Assembly: GCA_964348295.1 (NCBI GenBank)
Contig: CAYGBV010000002.1
Location: forward strand, 4,775-68,774
Reading direction: 5' to 3'
Origin: an uncultured Gemmatimonadaceae bacterium
GTDB lineage: Bacteria; Gemmatimonadota; Gemmatimonadetes; Gemmatimonadales; GWC2-71-9
Length of the DNA: 64,000 bases
The translations under genes were made by a program, and so were the position numbers. The number at the start of each line of letters is the position of its first letter. The stretch's first letter is position 1. The notes under the pieces were generated by a model. That model searched no databases and was not told where the DNA came from. It saw only the letters and a list, made by a program, of their open reading frames with translations. Positions 48,848 to 58,171 of the stretch are shown here, piece after piece.

Positions 48848-49036
48848 CTAGGAGGCCGGCTCCGGACCGAGCGGCGGCACGGCGGTGATGTACAGCGTGG
48901 GCTTGAGCTTGTTAGCGCCCTTGGGAGGGCGCGGCGCTTCCTGCACATCGCGCCGCTTCCGTCCCCGCCCCCGGCGCGTTCCCCGCCTGCCGGACCGGCC
49001 CGCTCTCGCGCTTCCCTTCCCGATCTGTGCTCTCAT
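48848..49036 (-). CDS. Candidate small, extremely basic protein (62 aa)
   Basis: ATG 49036 with GGAGG 8 nt upstream, 38 nt after the DUF2807-like stop. MRAQIGKGSARAGRSGRRGTRRGRGRKRRDVQEAPRPPKGANKLKPTLYITAVPPLGPEPAS. GC3-rich codons. I recognise no family. Confidence 0.35.
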   Translation of the reverse strand: MRAQIGKGSARAGRSGRRGTRRGRGRKRRDVQEAPRPPKGANKLKPTLYITAVPPLGPEPAS

Positions 49037-49073
49037 GTTCCTGGCCTCCAGGCAGTCACCAGTGGCTACGCAG

Positions 49074-49745
49074 CTACCCGATCCGCCGCACGGCCCCGCT
49101 GCCCGACACAATCGCGTTCACCCACGGGTTGCCGATGTACTCGATCAAGCCGCTGCCGCTCACCGTGGCGTCCAGCCGCTCGCTCACCCGCACCACCGCC
49201 ACACCGCTCCCCGAGACGGTGACGCTCGCCAGCCGGCTGTACAGCTCCTGTGCTTGGTACGTCCCGGACCCGGAGATTACGAGGTCCTGCCAGTCGACGA
49301 CGCCCTGCAGCGTGACGTTCGCCGCTCCACTCACCACGACGTGGAGCTCGGGGGTGTCGATCCCCAACGCCTGTACGTCCCCGGCGCCCGAGACCACGAT
49401 GTCCCGCAGGTGCCGCAGCTCCACCCGATACACGATCTCGCGGGTCGGCGAGAGGCTGACGTCGGGAACCGTGCCGAGGATCAGCTGGCCGTCCCGGACG
49501 TCAGACGTCAGGTACGGCAGGATGTTATCCTCGGCGGTGATGGTGAGGGCCTCCCGCCCCGTCTGTTCGATGATCAGACGGCCGGCTCCGCTCAAAATGA
49601 CGCCGTCGAATCCGGCAACGGGGCGCGCCTGCGTCACGAGCTGCCCATTCCCCACCACGTGCACATCCGGACCCGTCCAATCGCTGCATGCTCCCAGCGT
49701 GATGAGCAGCGTCGCTGCACCGAGTACTGCCGTCGTCCCCCGCAT
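49074..49745 (-). CDS. DUF2807 / head-GIN-domain lipoprotein (putative adhesin fold)
   Basis: ATG 49745 with GGTGGAGG upstream. Lipobox LLITLGAC. Repeated xSGxG strands (ILSGAGRL, VVSGAGDV, VVSGAANV, VISGSGTY, TVSGSGVA, TVSGSGLI, IVSGSGAV). Confidence 0.7.
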   Translation of the reverse strand: MRGTTAVLGAATLLITLGACSDWTGPDVHVVGNGQLVTQARPVAGFDGVILSGAGRLIIEQTGREALTITAEDNILPYLTSDVRDGQLILGTVPDVSLSPTREIVYRVELRHLRDIVVSGAGDVQALGIDTPELHVVVSGAANVTLQGVVDWQDLVISGSGTYQAQELYSRLASVTVSGSGVAVVRVSERLDATVSGSGLIEYIGNPWVNAIVSGSGAVRRIG

Positions 49746-49927
49746 CCTACGCCTCCACCCATGTATGGTGGTGATCCGCATCGCGCCCCGTCGCGCGACG
49801 TTCACTGAAGGAGGGGTTAAGCAAGATCGGTACCAAACCGATCCGCCAGCCGTAACGTGTTGATTCGTTATGGATTAGCCGTGAGGTGCCGAGCGGCGAG
49901 GCGCCGGGTCGTCCCCGCTGGAGGACA

Positions 49928-49962
49928 GCAGAGCCGTCCCTTCGTGGTCAGGACGGCTCTGC
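49928..49962. terminator. Strong hairpin downstream of the second DUF362 gene
   Basis: 12-bp perfect stem GCAGAGCCGTCC / GGACGGCTCTGC with an 11-nt loop. No clear T-tract on either strand. Confidence 0.45.
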
Positions 49963-50025
49963 ACGAATAATGGGGTATATCGTTGTCGTATTTACGTGAC
50001 GGCCTACCGGGCGATGGAGCGCCAC

Positions 50026-51027
50026 CTACGCAGCGAGCAGGATCTCGGTCAACTGCTCCGCGTACCCCCTGCTCGCGGCATCGGCAGTCAGGATCTCCAC
50101 TCCGTCGGGGCGATCCACGCCAATCCCCAACTCGACCGCACGGGCAATCTGCTCCAGTCCGAAGATCGTTCCCTCCGAGACATCCGGGGTCGTCCCCTTC
50201 TCACGGAGGATCGCCACACCCACGGCGTCGAGCGCGACCCGGTCGGTGGAGGCAAGCACCACGTTGGGTTGTGCCACCGTCCCCTTGTCCGGACCGCCGT
50301 GGGTGAAGCACTCCACGGCGTCCAGCACGACGATGGCCGGCTCATAGGCCAGATTGAGCTCCGCAATCATGTGCCGCTGGTAGCGCGAGGAGTGGAGCTC
50401 GCGCATGAAGTCGTGCGGCAGGGCGGGCACAGTCCTAGCCACCATCCCCACCGAGTTCTTGAGCGACATGGTGAAGTGCCCGCCGAAGCGGTGGGTCTTG
50501 AGACAGCAGGTCTGGACGATGGCGTCGGTCTCGCGGAAGATCCCTCCGAGGTGGAACCCCTGGTCCCAGTGCAGCTCCGGGTGCTCGATGTGGGCCCACC
50601 CGTCCCGCGGCAGGTTCTCCAAGGCCAGCGTGTCGTAGCCGAGCGACTCCGCTTGGTCCAGCACCCCCTTCTCGCGCATCACTAGTTGCGTGTCGCCCAT
50701 GCCGCTGCGGTCGGCCACGGTCACGCGCTCGGCACCCAGCTCATCGAGGTAGCGCGCCAGGAAGCCGAGTGTCTCGGGGTGGGTGGATCCGGGGTACGGG
50801 TCGGCGCTGTTGAAGTTGGGCTTGAGCGCCACCCACTTCCCCGCGAGATCCGGCACGCCCACCAGCTCCACCGCCTGGCGGATGGCGGCCTCACGTCCCC
50901 CACCACCCACCTGGACGAGGCTCACCCGCGCGCTCGGTTGCTTCGGCCAGCCGAGCTTCCCGGTCGCGGTCACCGCCAGGCCCCAGGCCGACGTCTTGAC
51001 GAACTCTCTCCGACTCCAGTCGCGCAT
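50026..51027 (-). CDS. DUF362-domain protein with twin-arginine signal (second paralog)
   Basis: ATG 51027 with GGGAG upstream. MRDWSRREFVKTSAWGLAVTATG. Core VALKPNFN...KTHRFGGHFTMSLKNSVG parallels 24351..25529. Confidence 0.7.
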   Translation of the reverse strand: MRDWSRREFVKTSAWGLAVTATGKLGWPKQPSARVSLVQVGGGGREAAIRQAVELVGVPDLAGKWVALKPNFNSADPYPGSTHPETLGFLARYLDELGAERVTVADRSGMGDTQLVMREKGVLDQAESLGYDTLALENLPRDGWAHIEHPELHWDQGFHLGGIFRETDAIVQTCCLKTHRFGGHFTMSLKNSVGMVARTVPALPHDFMRELHSSRYQRHMIAELNLAYEPAIVVLDAVECFTHGGPDKGTVAQPNVVLASTDRVALDAVGVAILREKGTTPDVSEGTIFGLEQIARAVELGIGVDRPDGVEILTADAASRGYAEQLTEILLAA

Positions 51028-51146
51028 CCCTAAGCTCCCTTCAACGCAGAACGCCCCGCGCAATCGCATGCGCAGGGCGCAGACATACGCACTCGCTCAC
51101 TCGTGCAGGCGAGCGTCCGATCAGCGCCTGGCAAGCCCGCAGCAGG

Positions 51147-51233
51147 CTAGTGCTTGTGGCGGCGCTTGCGCCGCATCCGCCGCCGCTTGCTCCCGATCTT
51201 CCTCCTACCGCGGTGTTTCTTGGGATAGCTCAT
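51147..51233 (-). CDS. Candidate 28-aa Arg/Lys-rich micro-protein
   Basis: Too short for the ORF track. ATG 51233..51231 to TAG 51149..51147 encodes MSYPKKHRGRRKIGSKRRRMRRKRRHKH. A G-rich tract (GGGGGG) lies 3 nt upstream of the ATG. It sits between the M61 terminator and the DUF362 gene. Confidence 0.35.
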   Translation of the reverse strand: MSYPKKHRGRRKIGSKRRRMRRKRRHKH

Positions 51234-51331
51234 CTACCCCCCGCTCGTGCAGGAACCGGCCCCGCCGTCCAACATCCCAACAATAGGGATCGTACCGCCC
51301 GCCGGCCAGTCGGGCGCGCGACGCCCGTCCC

Positions 51332-51356
51332 AAAAACCGAGCGCTTCGGTCGGTTT
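51332..51356 (-). terminator. Rho-independent terminator overlapping the M61 peptidase stop
   Basis: The minus strand reads AAACCGACCGAAGCGCTCGGTTTTTGGG: a short GC stem followed by a T5 tract. Confidence 0.55.
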
Positions 51357-53187
51357 ACGTCTCTGTCTTCCCCGTGAGGATGCCCTCGCGGATCGCGATC
51401 GCCTTAGCCGATGCTTCCGGTGCCTCCAGAACCGCGAAGTTGATCTCCTCCACGAAGCGGAGCTCGGAGTCGATGGTGACCGTCTCGAACCCCCGACGCA
51501 CCGTTATCTGATAGGGCGTTCCAACCGGCTCACCGCGATACCGCGTGCGAAACTGCGCCCCGAACTCGTCGTTCAGCACCTCGATGGTCCCGACCGCGAG
51601 CAGGTAGTCTCCGACCTGGACACCCGCCGCCTCGGCCGCGCCACCCGGAGCGACATACTGCGCGTACACCCCCGTGCTGTCCCGGCCTGTGGCGATCCCG
51701 ATCAGAGGTCGTTGCGTGGTGTCAACCGTGAGGGCCAGACCCGCGAGCGGCAGCACCTCGTCCCACGGATACGGCTCTCGTCCATCGATGTAGCGCCGAT
51801 AGACATCGTCGAACGACTGGCCCGCGGCCGCCCTGCTCACGGCCTGCCACCACTGCCCCTCGGTAAAGCCCGTGCCGGCCTTGTAGGTGCTCTCATACAG
51901 CTCCCGCATCACGTCGTCGAGCGACGCGCGGTTGCCGCTCGCGTCGCGGATCAGGATGTCGAGCATGAGCCCGGCGAGCGAACCCTTGTCGTAGTACAGG
52001 CGTCCCGCACCATCGACCGGCGCAATCCACGTCGAGAGTGAGGCGTCCTCGAGGGCGACGGGCGGCGCGTTCGCCACCGAACTGATCTTGCTGGCGGTGG
52101 CTTCGTAGAAGCGGCTGGCCGGTACGACGCCTCCCCGCACCAGCGCCAGGTCGGCATAGTAGTCGGCGATGCCCTCGCTCACCCACAGCAGGGTGGTCGG
52201 CTGGGCACGCCCGTAGTCGTACGGCACCAGCTCCGCCGGCCGCAGCCGCTTCACGTTCCAGGCATGGACGGTCTCGTGAGCCCAGATCTCGGTGAGGAAT
52301 GGACTGCCCACTGCCTGGGTGACATAGATCCCCAGATGCGAGTTGCTGTGCTCGAGGGCCGAGGCGCCCGGATAGTCCTCGTCGAACAGCATCAGCGTGG
52401 TGTAGGTCTCGAACGGGGTCTCGCCGAAGACCGCAGCCATGGGTGGCATCATGCGTCCGATCTGCTCCCACAGCGCTGCACGCGCCTCGCCCCGGTAGAC
52501 CCCCTCTGGATAGGTGGCCATGCGATGCCACACCCCGTCGATCCGCATGCTGTCCAGATCGAAGCGCCCCACGAACGTCGGCATGTCCACCAGCTCGTGA
52601 TAGTCCGCCGCCGTGTACTGGCCCGGCGCGCCGGCAGCCGTGAGCCCCGTCGCGACGCGCCAGCCGGGCTCGGTGTGAATCGCCACACGCGATGCGAACT
52701 CGAGGCTACGCCCCTCGGGATACAGGAAGAGATTCGTGCCGTTGAAGTACGCGAAATCTTCGAACGCGCCGGCCATCCCTGTGTCGAGCGTGTCGGCCCG
52801 GTAGTCGAAGCTCACGGTCACCGTTTGTGCACCCGTCGGGACCACCCGCCACGTGTCGTAGTCGACTTTGTCCCAGTGAAGCTCCGCCTCGCCGGCGCGC
52901 GCGGTGAACGCCATGACGAACCGCGCGAAGTTATCCAACTCGTATGAGCCCGGCGTCCACGCCGGGAGGGACAGAAGGACCGGTTCGTCATCCCTCGTCC
53001 GAAACGTCATGCTGGAGCGGATGAGACGGCGTGCCCCCAGCTCCGCGTTGATGGTGACATCGTAGCGGACGTCGCTGACCGGCGCGGAGCGTATGGCAGA
53101 CGGGGCCTCCTGCGCAGCGATGCCCCGGGGTACCAACGCCGCCAGGGCCAGTAGCGCCCAGGCCGTGGTGAACCGAGTCGGACTCAT
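51355..53187 (-). CDS. M61 family (glycyl aminopeptidase-like) metallopeptidase with C-terminal PDZ domain
   Basis: HETVHAWNVKRLRP zinc motif. Signal peptide MSPTRFTTAWALLALAALVPRGIAAQ. PDZ-like GGAAEAAGVQVGDYLLAVG. Confidence 0.85.
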   Translation of the reverse strand: MSPTRFTTAWALLALAALVPRGIAAQEAPSAIRSAPVSDVRYDVTINAELGARRLIRSSMTFRTRDDEPVLLSLPAWTPGSYELDNFARFVMAFTARAGEAELHWDKVDYDTWRVVPTGAQTVTVSFDYRADTLDTGMAGAFEDFAYFNGTNLFLYPEGRSLEFASRVAIHTEPGWRVATGLTAAGAPGQYTAADYHELVDMPTFVGRFDLDSMRIDGVWHRMATYPEGVYRGEARAALWEQIGRMMPPMAAVFGETPFETYTTLMLFDEDYPGASALEHSNSHLGIYVTQAVGSPFLTEIWAHETVHAWNVKRLRPAELVPYDYGRAQPTTLLWVSEGIADYYADLALVRGGVVPASRFYEATASKISSVANAPPVALEDASLSTWIAPVDGAGRLYYDKGSLAGLMLDILIRDASGNRASLDDVMRELYESTYKAGTGFTEGQWWQAVSRAAAGQSFDDVYRRYIDGREPYPWDEVLPLAGLALTVDTTQRPLIGIATGRDSTGVYAQYVAPGGAAEAAGVQVGDYLLAVGTIEVLNDEFGAQFRTRYRGEPVGTPYQITVRRGFETVTIDSELRFVEEINFAVLEAPEASAKAIAIREGILTGKTET

Positions 53188-53359
53188 TGAAGGCCTCTCG
53201 GGGAGAGGGTATCGGCAGCCCCCGACGCCGGGAGGCCCACGAGGGCGGTGGTGACGCCAGCAGACCTCCCTCTCTTAGACGACGCGTGACCAGTCGAGGG
53301 GGTTGCGCTAAACGCGACCGGACGGCTCCGGTCTGCGTTACAGCTTGAACAGAGGCGGG

Positions 53360-54253
53360 CTAGAGCAGAATCGCCAGCGCCAAGGAGCCGGCAAGGAACA
53401 GGTTGGTCGCCAAGTTCCACCCGACGTTCGCCCCCAGCGCCGGAATCGGCACGGGGCTCAGGGGGTCGGTGAACGCCCAGCGCAGCGGCTCCTTCAGCAG
53501 GGCCGAGGGCAGCACCGCCGCCAGCGCGTACTCCGGCAGGACACCCATGATCACGGCGGCGACGATCGCCACGGGTGTGAGGAGAGCTGCCCCCGCGTAG
53601 GTGTGGGCGGCGCCACGCCTGCCCAACAGGAGGACGAGATTGCGCCGACCACCGGCGCGGTCGGCCTCCTCATCGGGAAACTCGTTGAGCAGGAGCAGGT
53701 TGAACGTCATCAACGTGGCCGGCACCGCGGCCGCCACCGCCGCGGGTCCCAGCGTGCCGTCCTGCACCAGCGCGGTCCCGATCACCGGGAGGCCGCCCAG
53801 CCCCAGGCCCGCTGCGATCTCCCCCACCCCGATGCGCGCCAGCACGTCGGTGTAGGCCAGCACGCACACGGCGCCCACGATCATCACAGGCAGCAGCACC
53901 CACCCGACTTGCGTCAGGAACCAGACCCCGATGGCCAGCCCGACTGCTGCCGCAGCAAGCCCGAACACCAGCGCGGCCCGCGACGAGATGGCGCCCGCCG
54001 GCAGCGTCCCGCTCCCACCCGAGAACGGCGTGCGCCGCGTGTGGAGGTCGATGCCGGTGCGCATGTCGCTCCACTCGTTCAGCACGTTCACCGCCACGTG
54101 CAGCGCCACCAGACCGACCAGCGCCACCACGGCGCGGGACCAGCTGAAGTGTCCATCGTACGCCGCGGCGGCGGCACCCGACGCCACCAGCGTGACTGGC
54201 AACAGCAGGAAGGGCACGCGGGCCACGCCCGCAAACGCGCTGGGTCTCGGCAT
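53360..54253 (-). CDS. UbiA-family prenyltransferase (MenA-like)
   Basis: Polytopic 297-aa protein with NVLNEWSD and NEFPDEEADRAGGRRNL Asp-rich motifs. Confidence 0.75.
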   Translation of the reverse strand: MPRPSAFAGVARVPFLLLPVTLVASGAAAAAYDGHFSWSRAVVALVGLVALHVAVNVLNEWSDMRTGIDLHTRRTPFSGGSGTLPAGAISSRAALVFGLAAAAVGLAIGVWFLTQVGWVLLPVMIVGAVCVLAYTDVLARIGVGEIAAGLGLGGLPVIGTALVQDGTLGPAAVAAAVPATLMTFNLLLLNEFPDEEADRAGGRRNLVLLLGRRGAAHTYAGAALLTPVAIVAAVIMGVLPEYALAAVLPSALLKEPLRWAFTDPLSPVPIPALGANVGWNLATNLFLAGSLALAILL

Positions 54254-54388
54254 GGGGTCAATCTGTCAGCAGAGCAAGGGAAACGCTAACCAGGCCCACC
54301 GCGAGCCACGGGCTTCCCGCCCTCGGCAATTCGGTGCATCGTTGGTGGACCCTCAGCCGAGACCACGACTTCTCCCCGGAGCACACTC

Positions 54389-55495
54389 ATGGACAAGCCC
54401 ACCGTCCAACAGCGGTTCGGCAGGATCTTCCTGTTGCTGCTCGTAGTCGCCATCAGCCTCCTGTTCCTCACGATGATCCGCCGCTTCGCGATGGACCTGC
54501 TGCTCGCGGCGATATTCTCGGGGCTGTCTTATCCCCTCTATAGACGGCTCGTCACGCTCTTCAGGGGACGGGAGGCTGCCGCATCCCTGGGCACGATCGC
54601 GATCGTGCTGCTCGTGGTCATCGTGCCGCTCAGCGGTCTTCTGGGCATCGTCACGGCGCAGGCGCTGCAGGTGAGCCAGTCGGTGGCCCCCTGGGTGGAG
54701 CGCCATATCCAGCAACCCGACGAGTTCGACCGGCTGCTGACGCGGCTGCCGTTCTGGGAGACAATCCAGCCTTATCAGGACCAGATCGTCGCCAAGGTAG
54801 GCCAGTTCGCCGGGTACGTGGGCACCTTCCTGCTGAACAGCGTCGCGGCGGCGACGCGCGGCACGGCTGCGTTCTTCTTGGACCTGTTCATCATCCTGTA
54901 CGCCATGTTCTTCTTCCTGAAGGACGGCAAGGTGCTGCTCAAGAAGATCCTCTATTACACGCCGCTCGGTCCCACCGAAGAGAACCGCATGGTGGAGCGG
55001 TTCACTTCTGTAGCGCGGGCGACCATCAAGGGCACGTTCGTGATCGCCATCGTACAGGGTACGCTGGGGGGGCTGGCCTTCTGGGTGGCCGGCATCCCCG
55101 GCTGGGCGTTCTGGGGCACGATCATGGCCGTGCTGTCGATCATCCCCGGCGTGGGCACCGCGCTCGTGTGGATCCCGGGCTGCATCTACCTGGCCGCCAC
55201 CGGCCATCTGATCACGGCGATCGTCCTGGCAGCCTGGTGCATTGCCGTGGTGGGCACCGCGGACAACGTGCTGCGTCCCATCCTGGTTGGGCGAGACACC
55301 AAGATGCCGGACCTGCTCGTCCTGGTGAGTACGCTCGGGGGTCTGTTCCTGTTCGGTGCCGTCGGCATCATCATCGGACCCATTGTGGCAGCCCTGTTCG
55401 TGACCGTGTGGGACATCTACGGTGAGGCATTTAGCGAGTTCCTGCCGGCCGTGCCGGACACCGGCACGCACAGGGCGCCGGCCGCGCAGGGATAG
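54389..55495 (+). CDS. AI-2E family transporter (PerM/UPF0118)
   Basis: 368 aa, about 8 TM. The pattern ...ATIKGTFVIAIVQGTLGGLAFWVAGIP...GAVGIIIGPIVAALF is typical of the family. Confidence 0.8.
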   Translation: MDKPTVQQRFGRIFLLLLVVAISLLFLTMIRRFAMDLLLAAIFSGLSYPLYRRLVTLFRGREAAASLGTIAIVLLVVIVPLSGLLGIVTAQALQVSQSVAPWVERHIQQPDEFDRLLTRLPFWETIQPYQDQIVAKVGQFAGYVGTFLLNSVAAATRGTAAFFLDLFIILYAMFFFLKDGKVLLKKILYYTPLGPTEENRMVERFTSVARATIKGTFVIAIVQGTLGGLAFWVAGIPGWAFWGTIMAVLSIIPGVGTALVWIPGCIYLAATGHLITAIVLAAWCIAVVGTADNVLRPILVGRDTKMPDLLVLVSTLGGLFLFGAVGIIIGPIVAALFVTVWDIYGEAFSEFLPAVPDTGTHRAPAAQG

Positions 55496-55503
55496 GGGGC
55501 CCC

Positions 55504-56835
55504 ATGCACACCATGAATCGCCGTGACTTCGTTCAGACGACTGCGCTGGGAGCATTGGCCATGACACCCTTGCAGGCCGTGACCGGCCGCCGACAGGTGA
55601 AGGACTGGAGAGAGTTGCGGGTGAACGGCGCGCGCGTGAACCAGCATCTCGCCGACCTGTCGCAATATGGGCGTAACCCCGAAGGCGGCGTGAGCCGCGT
55701 GTCCTTCAGCGACGCCGACATCGCGGGGCGTGAGTTCGCCATGCGCATCATGCGCGAGGCCGACCTCGACGTCCGCATCGACCCGGTCGGCAACATCATC
55801 GGGACGAGGGCGGGCACCATTCCGGATGCGAAGCCGATCCTGTTCGGCTCCCACATCGACTCGGTGCCGAACGGCGGCAACTACGACGGTGACTTGGGCT
55901 CGCTGTCGGCCATCGAGGCAGCGCACACCATCGCCGAGGCCGGCTACCGCAACCGGCACCCGCTCGACGTCGTGATCTGGTGCGACGAGGAGAGCGGCCT
56001 CACTGGCAGCCGCGGGTACGTCGGATTGATCTCCGAGGACGAGCTGCGCAGCCCGGGGCGTGACGGCGTACCGCTGGCGGAGAAGATCGCGCGCATCGGG
56101 GGCGACCCGGAGCGCCTCGCCGCGGCAAAGCACAAGCCGGGAAGCGTCGCGGCCTACCTCGAGCTGCACGTCGAGCAGGGGAACATCCTGCACGAGGAAG
56201 GCGTGCAGATCGGCGTGGTCGAGGGGATCGTCGGCATCCACCACTACGACGTCACCATCGAGGGCTTCGCCAACCACGCGGGCACCACGCCGATGAACCG
56301 GCGCCGCAACGCCATGCTGACGGCGGCGGAGCTGGTGCTGGCCGTGGACCGCATCGTGAAGGCGATGCCGGGTGCCCAAGTGGGGACCGTCGGTCGGCTC
56401 TTGGTGGAGCCGGGCGCGCCCAACGTGGTCCCGGGGCGGGTGCGGCTCACAGTGGAGCTGCGCGACCTCAAGACCGAAACCATCGAGACCCTGTGGCGGC
56501 AGATCGGCGCCGAGCTCGAGGAGCTAGCGCAGAAGCACGACACGCCCGCGACCTGGACCAGGGAACACGCCAACGTCGATCCGGCGCTGTCGGACCCCGC
56601 CATACGGGAGCTGATAGCCGACTCCGCAGGATCGCTGGGCCTGTCCTACAAGCACATGCCGAGCGGGGCGGGCCACGACGCGCAGACGCTGGCCAGGATC
56701 TGCCCCATGGGGATGCTGTTCGTACCCTCGGTGGACGGCATCAGCCACTCCCCCAAGGAGTTCACGCGGCCCGAGGACGTGGAGAACGGGGCGAACGTGC
56801 TGCTGCAGTCGGTGCTGCGGCTCGATCAGCGCTAG
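55504..56835 (+). CDS. M20-family Zn-dependent amidohydrolase (allantoate amidohydrolase / N-carbamoyl-amino-acid hydrolase type) with twin-arginine signal
   Basis: GSHIDSVPNGGNYDGDLGSLSAIEA, WCDEESG and GAGHDAQ blocks. N-terminus MHTMNRRDFVQTTALGALAMTPLQA. Confidence 0.8.
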   Translation: MHTMNRRDFVQTTALGALAMTPLQAVTGRRQVKDWRELRVNGARVNQHLADLSQYGRNPEGGVSRVSFSDADIAGREFAMRIMREADLDVRIDPVGNIIGTRAGTIPDAKPILFGSHIDSVPNGGNYDGDLGSLSAIEAAHTIAEAGYRNRHPLDVVIWCDEESGLTGSRGYVGLISEDELRSPGRDGVPLAEKIARIGGDPERLAAAKHKPGSVAAYLELHVEQGNILHEEGVQIGVVEGIVGIHHYDVTIEGFANHAGTTPMNRRRNAMLTAAELVLAVDRIVKAMPGAQVGTVGRLLVEPGAPNVVPGRVRLTVELRDLKTETIETLWRQIGAELEELAQKHDTPATWTREHANVDPALSDPAIRELIADSAGSLGLSYKHMPSGAGHDAQTLARICPMGMLFVPSVDGISHSPKEFTRPEDVENGANVLLQSVLRLDQR

Positions 56836-57045
56836 GGCCGAGCCACCCGCCGGCAGCGGGGCGCATCCGGCGGCGCCGCTGGCGGCCAGCAACCCCGTAA
56901 CTCGCATCCCTACAACGTGTTACGGGGATTACCCTAGCGGAGCGCCTCGCCAGGTGTAGGATATCCCTTATCTCGCTGCGCCACCGCAGTAATCGCGTGG
57001 CCAAGCTGCGTCGCCCTACGCGGCCCAACCACGGTCCGCCACCCC

Positions 57046-58113
57046 ATGAAGCTGGCGCCCAGCACCCGCAGTGCCGTTGGCGCGCGCCTGCGCCGCACCG
57101 ACGGATTCGCCATTCCGGTCACGCTCTTCCTCGTGGCGTGCATCACGGTGATGCTCACCGCCTCGATGGTCCGCGTGCGCGCGGACCTGTGGAGCGCCAA
57201 GAGCAGCAGCGACGTCACCCAGGCCCTGGCAATCGCGCAGAGCGGGCTGCAGACCTACCTCGGCACGGTCACGGCCCGGCCCGTCACTAACGACTCGCTC
57301 CGCATCAACGTCGTCGGCGGCTACGCCGACGTGGTAGCGCACCTAGTCCGCAAGCCCGCCGACTCGCTGTCCCCCTGGACCTACTTCGTCCGCTCGACCG
57401 GTCACGTCATCGAGCCGCCGCAGGGAGCCGAGTCGCAGGCGATCCACACCGTGGGCCAGGTCGCCCACTGGTACCAGGCGAGCTTCAGCCCGCTCGCCGT
57501 GCTCGTGGCCATCAACGGCGTGCTGTGGGCCCCCGGCCCGGTATTCGTGATCGACGGCAACGACGAGTGCAGCGCCGACGCGACCGGCGGGCTCCGGGCA
57601 CCAGGCGGCTCCGATGCTCCACCAGAGACCACCGGCTCGCCAGCGGCGGAGCTCAAGGGCGGATGGTCTCAGGTCGCAGAGGACGCCGGCATCGATTGGG
57701 AGGCGACCATCGACGGAGGGTTCCTTCCCGAGCACGCCACCGTGCAATCGGGCGACACGACGTTCGGATCGTCCCTCGTTCGGGGGGATGTCGTTCTCGA
57801 GAACACGACGGGCACGGGACTACTAGTCGTCACCGGTGAGCTCGAGACCGAGGGGAGCTTCTTCGCGTGGGACGGCATCGTCCTCGTCGGGGGGGAGTTT
57901 GATCCCGACGCCGACTCCACCGTGATCCGGGGCATGTTGGTATCTGGCTTGAACCAGACGCTCGGCGCAGCCGTCGAGGTGAACGACATCAGCGAGCTGA
58001 GCGACGACGTCTACATCACCTACAATTCCTGCAACATCCGCCGCGCCCTCGCCCCGTTCCAGGGGTTCGTCCCCGTGGAGAACGCGTGGGTCGACTACGT
58101 GACCGGCTACTGA
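57046..58113 (+). CDS. Hypothetical membrane-anchored protein, PilX/TadG-like
   Basis: N-terminus RRTDGFAIPVTLFLVACITVMLTASMV resembles PilX/TadG N-terminal anchors. C-terminal GTGLLVVTGELETEGSFFAWDGIVLVGGEF...IRGMLVSG resembles pseudopilin-associated beta-helix repeats. No obvious SD. Confidence 0.5.
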   Translation: MKLAPSTRSAVGARLRRTDGFAIPVTLFLVACITVMLTASMVRVRADLWSAKSSSDVTQALAIAQSGLQTYLGTVTARPVTNDSLRINVVGGYADVVAHLVRKPADSLSPWTYFVRSTGHVIEPPQGAESQAIHTVGQVAHWYQASFSPLAVLVAINGVLWAPGPVFVIDGNDECSADATGGLRAPGGSDAPPETTGSPAAELKGGWSQVAEDAGIDWEATIDGGFLPEHATVQSGDTTFGSSLVRGDVVLENTTGTGLLVVTGELETEGSFFAWDGIVLVGGEFDPDADSTVIRGMLVSGLNQTLGAAVEVNDISELSDDVYITYNSCNIRRALAPFQGFVPVENAWVDYVTGY

Positions 58114-58171
58114 GGAACGAGCTACCGCACCGTCCTCGCCCGATGGCCTCGGGGCGGCCCAGCCGACCGAC

